NCBI GenBank assembly: GCA_958009085.1
Contig: OY253675.1
Location: 186,001-250,000 of the forward strand
Source of the DNA: Protoeuglena noctilucae
Lineage: Eukaryota
DNA length: 64,000 bases
Direction of reading: 5' to 3'
Part shown: piece by piece, positions 22,957 through 36,211 of the stretch
Numbering within the stretch: position 1 is the first letter of the stretch
How the letters are laid out: each line of letters begins with the position of its first letter
The notes under the pieces: model-generated
Databases searched by the model: none
What the model was told of the DNA's origin: nothing
The model's input: only the letters and a program-made list of their open reading frames with translations
Translations under genes and position numbers: made by a program

Positions 22957-25900
22957 ATGCTTACAATCAGGGCGCACGTCGCCCTGCGGGGTCCGGAAAG
23001 GGCCGCTGTTGGGACATCTCGATCCGCGTGTCGCTGCGCCCGCGCTCCTCGCGCCCGCGCGAGCGCCGTGGAGTCCAGCGGGTCCTCCACGCAGTCCGGC
23101 GACAGCTCGTATGTGTCCGCGTACCGCACCGAGGTGACACGGCTTGGACGCGGCCGTTGGGCGGGACTCGGGCCCGGGACGCACGAGGGTGCCTTAGCCC
23201 GCTCAACCGCCCGGGAGCCGCCGCGACGCCCGCCTTACGGTTCCCGCAGGACGTGCTTCGCACCCTTCGCAAGCGGGTGAAGCCGCAGGTCCCGGACGGC
23301 ATGGAGGTGTGGCTGTGGGGCTTGGGGCGTCACATGGGCACGGCCTGTGCGTGGTCCCTCCGCTTCTCCGCGACGGGCGCCTTTCGGGAGGAAATCAGGC
23401 GAGCGCAAGAAGAGCGATGCGTCACCCTTCCGCGGAGAATTGAAGTCCGGTGCCTGGGGACGGGGACGGGATGCCTGAGGTCCTCTTGTTGTCACTGCGA
23501 TGCCCTCAGGTCGAAACATTTCACGACGCGGTGGGGCCACGCGGGTGGCGAGGGCGACCGGTGCTGGGAGGTCGACTCGAGCGGCGTCCCGAAGACGCTA
23601 GAGATGGACGACCACGAGAACATGCTGCTGGTGGCGTGGCTTCGTACGGGCGCCTGGCTCCTGCCTGCCGTGGAGGGCCGGCTGGAGATGGAAGAGCTGT
23701 GTTTCCGGGTCGCGGATCGCGGGTGCGGGCTGTGGTCGAACGGCCTGCCGCAGTCCACTTGGGAGGCCTCGCTTGACGGGGACCTGCTGGGGGGCGGCGT
23801 GCCAGGGGGTGCGGGGGCGGAGGAAGGAGCCAAGGGGGCCGCAGACGACCTCCTGGCGCTCAAGGTGGGGCTAACGTCTGCACGCCTTGTCCGTGCGTCG
23901 CCACTCACCCACGCACCCACCCACCCCGCACGCCTGCGCATCGCCACTCACCCACGCATTCACCCACCCCGCACGCCTGCGCATGTTACCCCGTTCGCAT
24001 GTCACCCCACCCACGTCTCACGCCTGCGGATTGCATAAGACCCCACGCACTCACCTACCTGCCTCGCTCGCCTCTCTCCTCGCAGGTCCGCCTCAAGGGC
24101 AGCCGTCTCTGGGCTTACGTCATGGTGTTGACGACGTCCTGGCTGCCGCGTGGGATCTGCCTGCCGTACGGCTTCGGGGAGTGGTGGGACCTGGTGGACT
24201 GGCGACAGTGGGCCTTTCAGGAGTCGGGGCAGGTGAGGGTGTGGCAGGGGTGCACAGAGACGACGGTGCTCATGTAGAGACTCAGGCTGTGCTGGACTGT
24301 GCTGTGCCTCAGCACGTGAGAGTCTCTGTGTCTCACGTCCACTAGAGCACGTCTCACCATGCATGCTCACATTCGCTGGCATTCACGTCGCCATGCAGGG
24401 AGATGGCGGGGACGATACCCCGGTGCCAGTGACGCTGCGAGTCGATGAGGACGGGGCGAAGACAGGGGGGCGGGGCGTGGGCAGGGGCAGGCGGGCGGGG
24501 GTGGGAGGGGCGGCTGGGGCGGCGGGGGCGGGGGCGGAGGCGAGGCAGCCCCGGGGCATGCGGCGAGGCGAAACGCTGGGTGAGTGACGCGGCGGGGTGC
24601 GACGAGGGGTTCAATCGGTCAAAGAACGGTCAGTGGGGTTTCTCACACTGTCACCCCGCCCTGCCAGCCACCACGGTAGATGTCCTCGCACCCTTCGCTG
24701 CGCTGTTGCTGTGCCCTCACCTATGCCAGGCAGCCTTATCTGTACCAACCGGACCCCACCCGTCCCATCTCATCACCCCTTGTACCCGCACAACCATGAT
24801 CCATCTCACCACCCCTTCCATCCCACGCAGCCATGTCGGCCCCCGGTACCACCCGCCCCCGCACCCCCGGGTCCGTCATCGTGCCGAGCCCCAAAGTCAC
24901 TGAGCACGTTTCGGCGGCGGGTGGAAGGAACACGTACGAGGTGCTGGACGTGCAGCTGGTGGCCGAGGGGACGGGGGACCCCCAGGGGGCGACGAGCGAG
25001 GGGCTCAGGTGAGGTGGCGAGCGGGGGAGACTGTGGTGGGTGCTGTGGATGGCGTGCCAGGTGCCCACGCCGCGGCATTGGATTATCTCGTGTTTGGCTT
25101 AGTCTAATCTCTGCCCAGTGTGACTTTCAACCCCTGTAAGCGCCCACGGTTCTCCGCTCCCACCGCCCTCCCTCGCACCCTCGCACCCTCGTCCCCCCAA
25201 CCGGCCCCGCCCTCCTCCTCACCCCCAGGTCCGTCCCGTTGCCAGTCCTCTCCCCGCCCGACACATCGTTCGAATCGCAGGACGGGCGGTGCGGGTCCCG
25301 CCTTCACGGCTGGGTGACGCCCTCGGGCCATGTGGTGGTGCCCGTGCGCATCAACGGGGAGCTGGTGGGGCACTTCCTGGTCGACACGGGTGAGAGGCGG
25401 TGATGGCTGATTGGTTGCGTTGAAAGGGGAGTGGGTGGGGCACTGCTTGGGGGACACGGGTGGGCGGTGGGCATGGTAGATGCTTGACCAGCCACCGTGC
25501 TCACAGCCAAGGTTTGACGGGTCCATTACACGCTAGCACGCGTGTATGTCACCGCACGCTTACACACGCACCCCTGCCCCGTCCCTGCAGGCGCGAGCGG
25601 GCTGGTGATCGAGCCCAAAGTGGCGCAGCGGCTGAAACTCGAGGCATACGGGGAGATATTCGTGACGGGGATGGGCGGCAACACGCGCAGCCAGTTCCGA
25701 CGTGCGCGGACGCTGCAGGTGCGGGGAACGGTTGCATGGCGAGGGTCCTTTCTTGTGGCATGGGAGAGGACAGCTCGCACAAGGGTGTGGCTCTCCATGC
25801 ACCCTTGCACCTCTCTGCACACCTGCATCCCTGCACCTGGCCCCATCCCCGCACCCTTGCACCTTCCCCGCACTCCTGCACCTGACCCACTCCTGCACCT

Positions 25901-27402
25901 CACCTCACCCTCACCTCACCCCTGCACCTCACCCACCCCTGCACCTGACCCCATTCCCACCAACCCCCTTCTCCCCAGGTTGGTCCTATGGTGATGCGTG
26001 AGCCCGTGCTGATGGAGCTCCCCGTGGCGCCCATCGTGAGCCCGTCCAAGCAAACGGGCGACATCTGCGGCATCCTCGGATACGACTTCTTCCGCCGCGC
26101 CACCGTCGCGCTGCCACAGGTGCAGGTGAGAGGTGGAAGAGGCGTAGGGTTGGGATTTGGAACGGCTGTTTCCTTAGTTTGCTGATCACTCTGCCACAGA
26201 TGCAGGCGAGGAGTGCCTGGGATGGAATGGTGAGCGGACTTTCTCTTCGTGTAGCTAGTGTTACTAGTGTTGCTAGTGTAGTTAGTTGCGCGTCGTCCCA
26301 GTTGGGTGTACGATCAGCCACCCAATGTCCCACTCCATTCCCCTCCTCATCCCTCACCCCTCTCGCCGTCCCCAGAGCGCCCCTTCCTCCTCGCGACCCT
26401 CATCGATGGAGCCCCTGAGCAGCCCCGTGTCCCTCACGCTATGGGACCCCGTGCGCTTCTTGCCCCCACCCCACGTAGAGGGATGCTGGCAAGATGTCCA
26501 TATGATATCCAACCTCCCCCACGTACACGTGCGATTCCTCGCGCCGGACGACCGGGTGCGTGGACAAATGTGCCATGTATTATCTAGGGAGGCACGTGCG
26601 ACGGTGTTTGCAACATACGTGTCGTGCATCTCGTGTGCACGTGCGGTGGTGTGGGGATGGCGCATGCTGCACAGGCGGGGGCTTGCTGGGTCCCCGGCAG
26701 CATACAGCGACGGCTTTACACTTTTTCTGCAACAACGAGTGGCTTTGCTTTTAAACCTCGCGAGCCCCTTCATCTCAGAAGCAAGTGGATATGCTCGTAC
26801 GACTCACAATCCCCCGTCCTTCCCCCGTCCTTCCCTCATCACAGGAGCAAGTGGCTCTGTTCATGCTCGACTCCGGCGCCGGGAGCATCGACCTCATGTT
26901 CCACCCTCGGGCCGTGACGGAGCTGGGGCTGGCGTCCGTCGCGCAGTCGGCGCCCTCGCGGCTCATCAAGGGCGTCGGGCAGGACGTGGTCGTCAAGCAC
27001 AAGAGGTTCCCGTGGGCCGAGCTGGCCGGCAGGAGATTCCACGACATTGAGTGCCTCCTGGCCCAGGCGGATGGCTCTGGCCTCGACCTGTCGCTCTACA
27101 CGGCTGGCATTGTGTGCGGGGACCTCCTCTTCCGGTCCGAGCTCATCCTCGACTACCCGCGCAAACGCATCGCCTTCCTGCCCGTGCCGGGGGCCGCCGC
27201 GCCGCCGGAGTCGGCCGGGGCCGAGGCGCTGGCGGTGGGGCCGTTCGGCGTGGTGGGGCGCGCGAGTGATGCGGCCAGGGCGGGAGGCGGGGGGCGGCGG
27301 AGGCGCGCGGGAGGGCCTCTGGACGGGCTGCTGGGCGACGGGGAGTGGCTGCGGGGAGGTCGGCCGTGGAGCGGCGGGAACGGCGCGGGGAGGGGTCGTT
27401 GA
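22957..27402 (+). CDS. Protein with two retropepsin-like aspartyl-protease domains and a plastid transit-peptide-like N-terminus
   Basis: MLTIRAHVALRG...ARASA leader; GHVVVPVRINGELVGHFLVDTG|ASGLVI (D at 25383); GILGYDFFRRA; SNLPHVHV; LFMLDSGAG (D at 26869); GIVCGDLL..LILDYPRKRIAF. Internal exons are only partly resolved. Confidence 0.75.
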
Positions 27403-27914
27403 GCATTGTTGAAGAGAAACGAAAAAGAAAGCGCAGAGGAAGAAAAGGGGGCAAGGTCCCCTGACCTTGCACGCGCGCAATACATCGCCCGCGATCGAGT
27501 TGTGGCATTTCAGACGGAAAAAGGCGCAACTCTGCGCCGCTCAATCTCTGGCACGACTGACCTACAGCGGGGCCGCGGGTGTCGGCCTCCTCCGCCTCCG
27601 GACGCCGTGGCTCCGCCGCGCGCCAGTCGCTAGCCATGAGTGACCCAGGCATGCGCGATGCATGTGGAGGTCTTGACTGGGCACAGCGCGCCCGCCCGGT
27701 GGTGGTGAGCCACGCCGCCTCGCCCCGCTGTGCGCCCGCGATCCTCTTTCCCCACATGTCAGATCTAAGCTCGCGAAGCCCGCTGCGCGCAAAGAGACGG
27801 CCCCGCAGCCGCGCCGTGGGCGCTGGGCTCTTCTGCCCAATGTCGCACGCCAACACCGCTTCGCGCTCCCGCTGCACTGCACGACCTCTGCAGCATTGCT
27901 TGTTCGTCTTCATA

Positions 27915-30064
27915 ATGTCACGTTTCGGCTCCGTCCGCCCCCCGCGCAGTGATTTGGCCTGGGGCCCGATGTCGACTCCCGCGCTCCCCGAGACGCCGCA
28001 GTCCCAGGACGAGGCCCCGCAAGGTAACAATATATACTCAGTTTCCGCGCTGGAGGGCCGCAGAGCGCGCCGGAAGAGCAGCAGCTGCGCGATGAGAGAC
28101 ACTTGCGCGCACAGGCGACTAATAGGTGACGCTGGGTTGTGGAATTTACAGCAGCCGTGGGAGCTGACGCCTTGTTCAGCTCACCTGCTCCCAGTGCGTG
28201 TCCTCGCCCCCGCGCCGACGAACGCGGAGGCCCCGGGCACCTCATACGCTGCCATCGCCGACGACGAGGCCACGGCCCTCAACCTCCTGCAGCTCACCAA
28301 GAGCGCCACCGTGAAGGTGCACCCGGCAGCCGTGGCGAGCCTGTAGTCCAATCCCTGCCACCATCCCTGCAGGCCCTGCTGCCCTGTCCCTTGGGCCCGG
28401 GACATGCCCCGCCGAGCCTCTTCCTCCTCCTCTGATTCCCCAGGTAGACCGCGCGCCAGGGTCTCCGGCCGAAGCCACGCCCCCGAGCACCACCCTGCCC
28501 TCCGCCTCCGGAGCCGGCGGCGGTGCAGCCCCAGCCGGCGTGCGCCCCATCGCGCCGGAGGTCGGGCCCGTCAAGTTTTGCAAGGTGCGGCAGCGCAGTG
28601 TCCAAAACTCCCCTGCCATTCGATGCCCAGGGGTCCTCGGGTCCCACCGGGCGGCAACTGTTGGGCTGGCTTGTGCCGCGACACCTGATGCGACACCCTG
28701 CAGCTGCGCAACACCCGCACTCTGCCGCATGGCCCATCAACGTGCTCCGGCCGCCCTGCCCCCGCAGCAACTGACGAAGAGCGACATAGAGCAGGGTCTG
28801 TACATCCCGACGATAGAATCCCAAGTTATCCGGCGCGAGGCGCGGGCAGACCCCTCGCAGCCGGTCCTTCTGTGCGTGGTGGAGGTGGGGCTGGACGTGA
28901 TGGTCCGAGCGACCAAGTGGGGCAACTACGGTGGGGCGCTGAAGATGACGGGACGGACGTGGCACGACATCGTCCACGCCACCCGGCTGTACGGTGCGTG
29001 CGGCCACGGCACTCCCAGGGAGTGCTGACGGTGGCCTGCATTCCCTGTAGCTTTTGCAAGACCCTCGCGGCGTCTTCGTGAGCTTGGCGCCCCGCGTGGC
29101 ACAGGCCGCGCCCCGGAACGTGCTGCGTCGCCCGCCCTCGCTCCGCAGTGGGTCGGCAGTTGCAGGTCGACGTCGTGGGGTCCTTCCCGGCCCCCAAGGC
29201 GGCGCTGATGGACAACCCCGGCTCGGCGCCCCGGACGGTGGTGCTGTCGTTCAAGACGCTGCAGATCGTGCACGTCACGGAGGACATCAACGTGGCAAGG
29301 GACAGCAACGGGGGCGGGGGGTCCGAGACCAGCTCGGGCATCCCGCGCCTGGTGGGCACGGTGACGGAGGCCCCGACGCCCGGGCCGCGGTCGGTGAAGC
29401 GGACGCGCGCCGCGGCGCAGGCGGCGGCTCCACCCCCGGCCCCGTCGACCAGCGAAGGGACCACGGACCCCGCGGCGGCCGTGCGCATTGCGCACCTCGA
29501 GGCGCGGGTGGCGTCGCTGGAGTGGTGCGTGTCGACGATGCGTGACACCATCGCCACGCTGGCGGACGGGGTGCTTGACAAGAACGCGCTGCGGGCGAGG
29601 GTGGGCGGTGCGGCGGGGCACATGCCGCCCATGCATGGGGACGCGATGCAGGGCTTCCCCGGCCAGCAAGGGGCGCTGCCGAGCCCTTTCAACCTGCCTC
29701 CATCGGTGGGCGGCCTGCCTTACCCAGCGGATGCAGTCGATGCGATGTCTGTGTGTGTCAGTTTTAGCGTGCTTGAGCAATGCACACAGTTTGCGAACCC
29801 CAATCTTGACATGGCAGCCGAGCACTGGGGGATGCACCTCGCACTCACGTCACCTCACGCCAACCGCCAGCCGCTGCCCCCTGCCCGCAGCACCCCTACA
29901 TGCCGCGGTCGTCCCTGCCGCCCCCGCCCAGCATGATGGCGCAGCAGGGATCCTGGCCGATGGCGCCCGAATCTCCCTACTTCGCGCCCACCGTGTCGCC
30001 AGAAATGGCCGCCTTCCTCCGCAGCTCCCGGGGCCCTGGCACTGGGCCCTTCCAGCCCCTGTGA
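27915..30064 (+). CDS. B3 DNA-binding-domain protein (divergent), 6 exons
   Basis: Exons 27915-28023, 28195-28316, 28444-28584, 28768-28993, 29149-29705, 29891-30064. The spliced VKFCK|QLTKSDIEQGLYIP...KWGNY...GRTWHDIVHATRLY|VGRQL fits the B3 pattern F-K-LT-SDV---L-IP...W--FV----L-VGD. Also a short coiled coil and Pro/Met-rich tail. Confidence 0.6.
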
Positions 30065-33000
30065 GCCTGCGGCGACGTGCCGGGAAGCCGACCGACCTCG
30101 CCCGTCCCCGCCCACGGCATGCCGCCTGCCCCGGCGCATCCCTCGGCACGCGCTGAGGTGGCATCGCGCCTTTGGTGTTTTGCCCTGCGCCCCCCAGCCC
30201 CGCAGCAGCGATGCAGTTACGCTCCCTGCAGCTGGGTGTGTCGCCCACGCTGTGTCGCCTGTGTCGCCCGAGCCATGCTCTTTTCCCGAACCTCCGGGTC
30301 GCCCCTCTGCCCTCCTCTGGCAAGCTCGCCACACACCGGGGGTCTTGGCAGGCCGCGACCTGCGGTGGGCTCCACCCTCAATTGCGGCCCGGCCTCGTTT
30401 CGTTCCTCAATATACCTGCCTCTAGCTCCCTTCACGCGCACCCGCTTCAGGTATCCCGGGGCCGCCTGGCCCGGGGTCAGGTCACCTCGCGCTGTTCCCG
30501 ATGCGTGGCACACCGTACCGCCTACACAGAGGTGCCACACCCGGTGTCGATGTTTCTGCTCGGCCAACCCCGCGACCCCTTTCTCGCCGTGCCCGGTGCG
30601 CCCGCATCCGTCGACCTCACCAGCGAGCGCGTGTCGCCAATGTGCGTTGAAGGCCCGTACCTTCGCCCGCCGCACCCGGCGTGCTCTGTGCCGAGACGCC
30701 CCCGGACGCACCCGGGCGGTAATGCTGTTCAGTGCCTGCCTCCCCCCCTCAGTCATGTATCCTTTGCCCTTATTCAACACGCGCCCCGTTGTGGGACACC
30801 CTTGCATGGGAACCCCACCCTCCTCAGGTCTTGCCGTCGCGTCTTGCCGGCTGCTCTCACGGCCGGCGCGCTCCGCGTTGCTCCGCCCGTGCCTGGCTTC
30901 TTACATGCTCTGCGCCCGCCAGGACGGCTTCTCTGGCACGCATAGCACGCACCGTGCCGTGGTGTCGTGTCCCGTCTTGCGCAAGCACACGGCGGCCCTC
31001 CTGCTAGTTCGCTTGGGCACCGCAGCTAGCTCGTTTAACAGAGAACGCCTGCGCTGATTCGTTCGTGTGGAGGATTGCGAGACTTCAATGACTGGCACGC
31101 GGTGCGTGGTATCGCGGATCGTAAGAAGCTAAAAATGGGAACAACAAGGCACCTGGTCAAGAGTTCCAATACACGAAAGCTAAACGCAAGGGTCCACATG
31201 ATGGCTGAACACGTGGGCTAGCTGGTCAAACGAGGCTGCAGGTCACGAGTCACAGGTCACAGCACGAATCACGCGAGCCGCGGTGCGAGAGAGCCCTCGA
31301 AGAGAGAGAAGCTACTCCTCGGTCTCACGTCGGATATCGTCAAATGGCGTCCGAAGATTGAGATCGAGGGCTACTCTCACGGCAGAGGCGCAAACGGCGC
31401 CGCCTGCCGATCGACACAGATTGGGCTGGACGGACCCGCATTGCGTGCGGTGCCGACCAAAGCTGTGGGCGCCTGCGTTGCGGCGCCAGGACTCTCGCGG
31501 ACCTCGCGACTGCGCGAGGGGCCGAGCTAGGAAGCGGGATTGGGATTGCAATGCTGCTGGGCCAGACCACCAGGGTTTCGGTCTTGGCCTGTGGAGTGGG
31601 GGAAAATTGCAGCAGTCAGCAGAAACGGCGGGGTGCATGCATGCGGCCGGGCCTCGAGAGACGCGGAAACACGTGCGATACACGTCCCAGGGCGAGTGGG
31701 GAGGTCGAGCCCTGCGGCAGTGCCGAGTGCTTGCGTGAGCCAAACCAAACCACGAGCAAGTCTGCGGCTCTGCGGCGGGCGTGGGAGCGCTGGATTCCGG
31801 AAAGCCGGCGATAGGTCCAGATACGGGCCCCACGAGCGATGGCATCCGAGCGCGGGGGCCGAGAAACGCGAGGTCGGGGATGCAGACACAGGGATTGCTA
31901 CAGAAACGCGACTTGCAGGGAACAGAGCATTCGAAACGGGAGCTGTCGGAGCGTCTATTGATGCGGCATTTCGAGAGGCGTGGCACCGGGGTCACATGGA
32001 CGCGACGGCCAGACAGAGTCTGACACACCGGTTGCCGCACACGGCTAGGGAAACAGCGAAAGCTAGGCCCGCTGCGGTAGCATGCGGGCGGCCGCTAGGG
32101 TGGTAATCACACATTGGGCAGCCACAAGGATCGCCGTTACACAAGGGGCTCTCGCTGGGCAATACCTGGCGCCACCGGCCGTGGCCGGAGCAGCCACGGG
32201 CCCGGCGAGCGTCGCAGGCCTAAGGCACGCGCACGCGTGGCATCGGGGGCGGGAGCTGGAAAGAGAGCCTGGCTGGGACAGAGCCTGGGACTGGGCCGGG
32301 TTGTCCCGCCAGGCCTCCTCGGGCTAGAGTCTATCATCGTCCCACGCTCGCAAGCATGGGTGGTGGCACGCGGAGGGCAGCACTGCAGCTGGCCCAGAGG
32401 CCGGGAACGCAGAGCTGAGGCGCTCCTGCAGATGGTAAAGGACCGTCTGGCAAGCGCTAGCGTTTCTGTGAGCGAGGGCCACGAGGCCTTGCCCCACAGA
32501 GACGGGGACACGGGCAGTCTCGAGAGCTAGGGTGTGTAGGTCTTGTGTCTCGTGACCTTCTGGGGTCTCTAGAGATGAGAGTCGCGCACACGACCCGAGT
32601 AGCAGAGACGAGAGATGCGGAAACGAAGTCTGAGGGACGGAGGCTGCCACGAGCTGTGCATCGGGACAGATGTGTACAGGTCGCAGGCACGAGGGTGGGT
32701 CTCGGGCCTGGCCATTGGCCACTGCCGCTGCGGGACTGACTGCAGAGGGCGGCGTGGACGGCCAGAGTACGCGCCGTACGGCTGAGCGAGCAACACGGTG
32801 TTCGCAGTCTGTGGCAGGTGCGGCTCGCGAGAGCATCGCCTCGGTTGTGCCGATCACGATGGGTGAGGCAGTCACTGGGGGGAGGGGCGGACGCGGCCGC
32901 GCCCCAGCATCCTGCGGAGGTCGAGAGGACCGTAAGGTCACGTCATGTGCACCGCAAACGCGTTATGTCCACAGCAACCACCCACTCATCAGCATCTCTC

Positions 33001-33092
33001 GTCGCGTCGGCTCAAACAACCGCATGCATTCCACGCTTGGCACAACCACCGCAGCGGGTCACGCCACCCAGTCTCCCCACCGCCCGCCCCGC

Positions 33093-35344
33093 TCACCGCG
33101 CCAGCTTCTGCAGAGGTCCCATCTTGGGGTTGACCCTGGGCGGCGCAGGCGGCCGAGGGGCCTCCGCCACGGCTGCCAGTCGGGCCGCGCCGCCTTGGGA
33201 GCTCCCCGCGTACTTCGTCTGCGTCCACGCGGCTGCTGCGCTACGGAGGGACGCCGCGATGCCCCCCGCAGCCGCCGGGGCGTCCACCCCGCCCCGCTCG
33301 ACCCTGCCCGCGCCCCGCCCGGCGACCATGGCGGCGCGCAGGGCGCGGGGCTCCGCGCTGGCCGCGGGGGCGAGGTCGTCGTCGATGGCTGCGCCGCTCT
33401 CTGTGGCCGGTCGCATGGGGGTGCTGGGGGCGATGGGGTTGGAGCGCGCGCCTCGTCGGAAGCGGGCCCACGTGGCCGAGTGTGCCCCGCCGGCCCCTGA
33501 CGGCCGCCCGCTGTGGCTGGGCGCGGGCGAGCCCCCCCACATCGTGGCCTCCGCCGCCCCGACCGTCCCCTCCCGGGGGCGCTGCGTGGCGCAGGCGGCG
33601 TCGACAGGGAGCGAGGGCACGTCTGGGATTTCCTGGCTCGCGTCCCCGGCCTGTGAGACCTTCTCAGTGCGCACCACGTCACGGAAGGAGAGGCCCTTGC
33701 TGCCGGCGGTGGCCTTGGACGGTGCGGCGCCCTGCGGAGCGACAGGCGGCAAGGGAAGCAAGTTATGAGGTTACGGCAACGGAGCGCGTGTGGCGTGTGT
33801 GCGAAACAGGTAAGAAGCGCAGCACTTGGCGGGAGAGAGGAGTGAGCGGCAGACTGCGTACACCGGGACGCCGCTCACCCTCGCGGGCGCGGCGCCCTTG
33901 GGCACGCGGCGGTGGTCGACGATGAAGGGGTGCTGCAGGAGCTCCTGGGCCGTGGCTCTTTGGGCGGGGGCGCGGACCAGGCATCGTGCCAGGAAGTCGA
34001 TGGCATCGGCGCAGAGCGACACGGGGCAGTCGATGGCGGGCTGCTCGATGATGTGGGACACCAGCTCTTCGTCCGTCGATCCCTGGAACGGCGGCTGGCC
34101 CGTCAGGAGCTCGTAAGCCATGGCACCCAGGGCCCAGATGTCGACGGCCGCTGCGGGGGCGAGGCGGGGGCAAGCGAGTTCGTAGATCAAGCCGTGGTGC
34201 GCAGGACCAACAACAAGTGCCCCTGACCTGCTGCCGCTGCCGCGCTCAGTGCCCACGTCATCCAATGTGCGCGCCGCCATGCACGCCCGACATGCACACC
34301 ACGCGCGACACGCACTCGCCTGTGTACTCGGGCCGCATCTCACGGGGCACTTCCTCCCGCCTTGGGCCCCCGGGGTCGGCGGGGTCTGCCAGCAGCACCT
34401 CAGGAGCCATGAAGGCGAGCGTGCCTGCGCCACGAGGGAGGGTTCGGGCCCAGGTGTGAGAGGGGGCAAGCGAGGGCGTGGGTGGGTGTATGAGAGAGCG
34501 AGGGCGCAAGGCGCGGGTCGCAGCTCCCGCAGCGCCGCACCGAGGCGTGTGCAGGGTCGGTCCCGCCGGGTGTCGATGGCGAAGCCAAAGTCGGCGAGGA
34601 GGACGTGGGAGCCGTCGAGCAGCACGTTCTCGGGCTTGACGTCCCGGTGCACGTAGCCCCGCGAGTGGAGGTGGGCCAGGGCGTTCAAGAGCGGGCCGAT
34701 GATGTACCGCGACACGCCCTCCTCGTCGTGACGTACCCGGTCCATGTTGGTCCTGAGGTCGTTGCCGTCCACCAGCTCCATCACCAAGGCCACCAGGGGG
34801 CCCTCGTGAAACGAGGCGTAGAAGTTCTGCGCAGTCGGCGGAAGCGCATCGCATGGGGCGGTGCCATTCGCAGGGCGTGGGTGGGTGGGGCATGCGGCCG
34901 GGTGCGGGTGCAGAGACGAGGTGTGTGGACCCAGGCGGCTCACCAGGACGTGGGGGTGGGCCGTGGAGCTGTGGGTAACGACCTCGTGGACCACGTTCCT
35001 CCACTGCCACGGCGCTGCGGAAAGCGCGGGGAGAAGAAGCTCAGCGGCCTGAGCATGCGTGTGAGCGCCAGTGTCGAGACCCTAGCTGCGAGTCCCATCC
35101 TCTCACCCATGGCGCGGCCGTCGTAGATCTTGAGTGCACACTCAAGGCCGGTCCAGCGGTCCCACACGCGGTGGACGGTGCTGGAGATGCCCCGGCCGAG
35201 TCTAGCGACGCAGACGAAGCGCTCGAGCTTCCACGGATACAGGGCCATGACCGCCGGGCAGGCTTGCCCGACTATCTGAGGCACGCAGCTCGCACCATCG
35301 TCCCAAGCGTCCGACGTCTCGAGCCAGGACTGCGACGGAAGCAT
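33093..35344 (-). CDS. Ser/Thr protein kinase, Aurora-like algal family, 6 exons
   Basis: CPAVMALYPWKLERF, LGRGISSTV, ALKIY, HRDVKPENVLL, ADFG, TRLGTLAFMAPEV, VDIWALG, PPF, RATAQELLQHPFI; disordered C-terminal exon. Confidence 0.9.
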
Positions 35345-36211
35345 CGCAGGGAGGGGAGCTAGGTCAGGGGAGCGGGAAGACGCTTCCCGCGGGCCGCCGA
35401 CCCCAATGCGCGGCTCTGCACCTCGGGACCGCAACCCCGCTGCGCGGGTGCCATGCGGGACGGGGAGAAGAGTCCGATTTCGTGCTCGCAGCGAGCAAAC
35501 TGGTCAACCGCCTGGTGACCGGGCATTCGGCGCCCTCGGCCGTCGGGGGGACGAGAGGGCGCCAGCTTAGTCAGATCCGATGCTGATATACCTGCAGAGA
35601 GGACGTGAGCGCCATTGGACCAAAGGACGGCGCGCCCGCAGTGCCCCAAACCAAAGGTCGGAAATCAGGCGACGCCGCGACCGCAGCGCAGTCGCCGAGG
35701 GCCGCAGCAGCAACGCCGATAACAGATAAATCCACCGGGACACGCGCGCGGGCGCGGGGCACCGTGCGAGCTCGCACTTTCGAGGGCAGTGTTCGCGCGG
35801 ACACAACGCAGCCGCAGCCGAGAGGACGCAAGCCGCACGCGCAAGATCGACGACGAAAACGACCACAGCACCCCGCAGCAGCGCCCCTTGCCTTGTGCGC
35901 GCGCCTGCCGCGCCCAATGAAAAGACAACCCCGCCTAGCTGTCGGAAGCACGCGCGGCGGAGGCCAACGAAATGATCTGCACTTGCGAACGCAACAATGG
36001 CGCTTTTGAGAGACTTACCTGCGAATATTGGAGAATCGCTGACTCGGATTTTGCCCTCGGGTAACGTACCTGCTTTGTTAGGATTCATGAATGGAGCCCT
36101 AAAGGGCTCACTGGTGTCCCTGGATGGCGCTCGCACGTGCGCCTGGCATCGCTCCGCGCGCCTCGGCATGGCCTGGTCCCTTTCGTGCTGAGTGTGTGCG
36201 CGGACGCGGCG

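Noticed and set aside
23895..26290. Intronic minisatellites in the protease gene (cacccac..cacgcctgcg, cctgcacct, tagtgtt)
   Set aside because: Ordinary low-complexity tandem repeats without exon-derived sequence; noted only as part of the intron-architecture finding.
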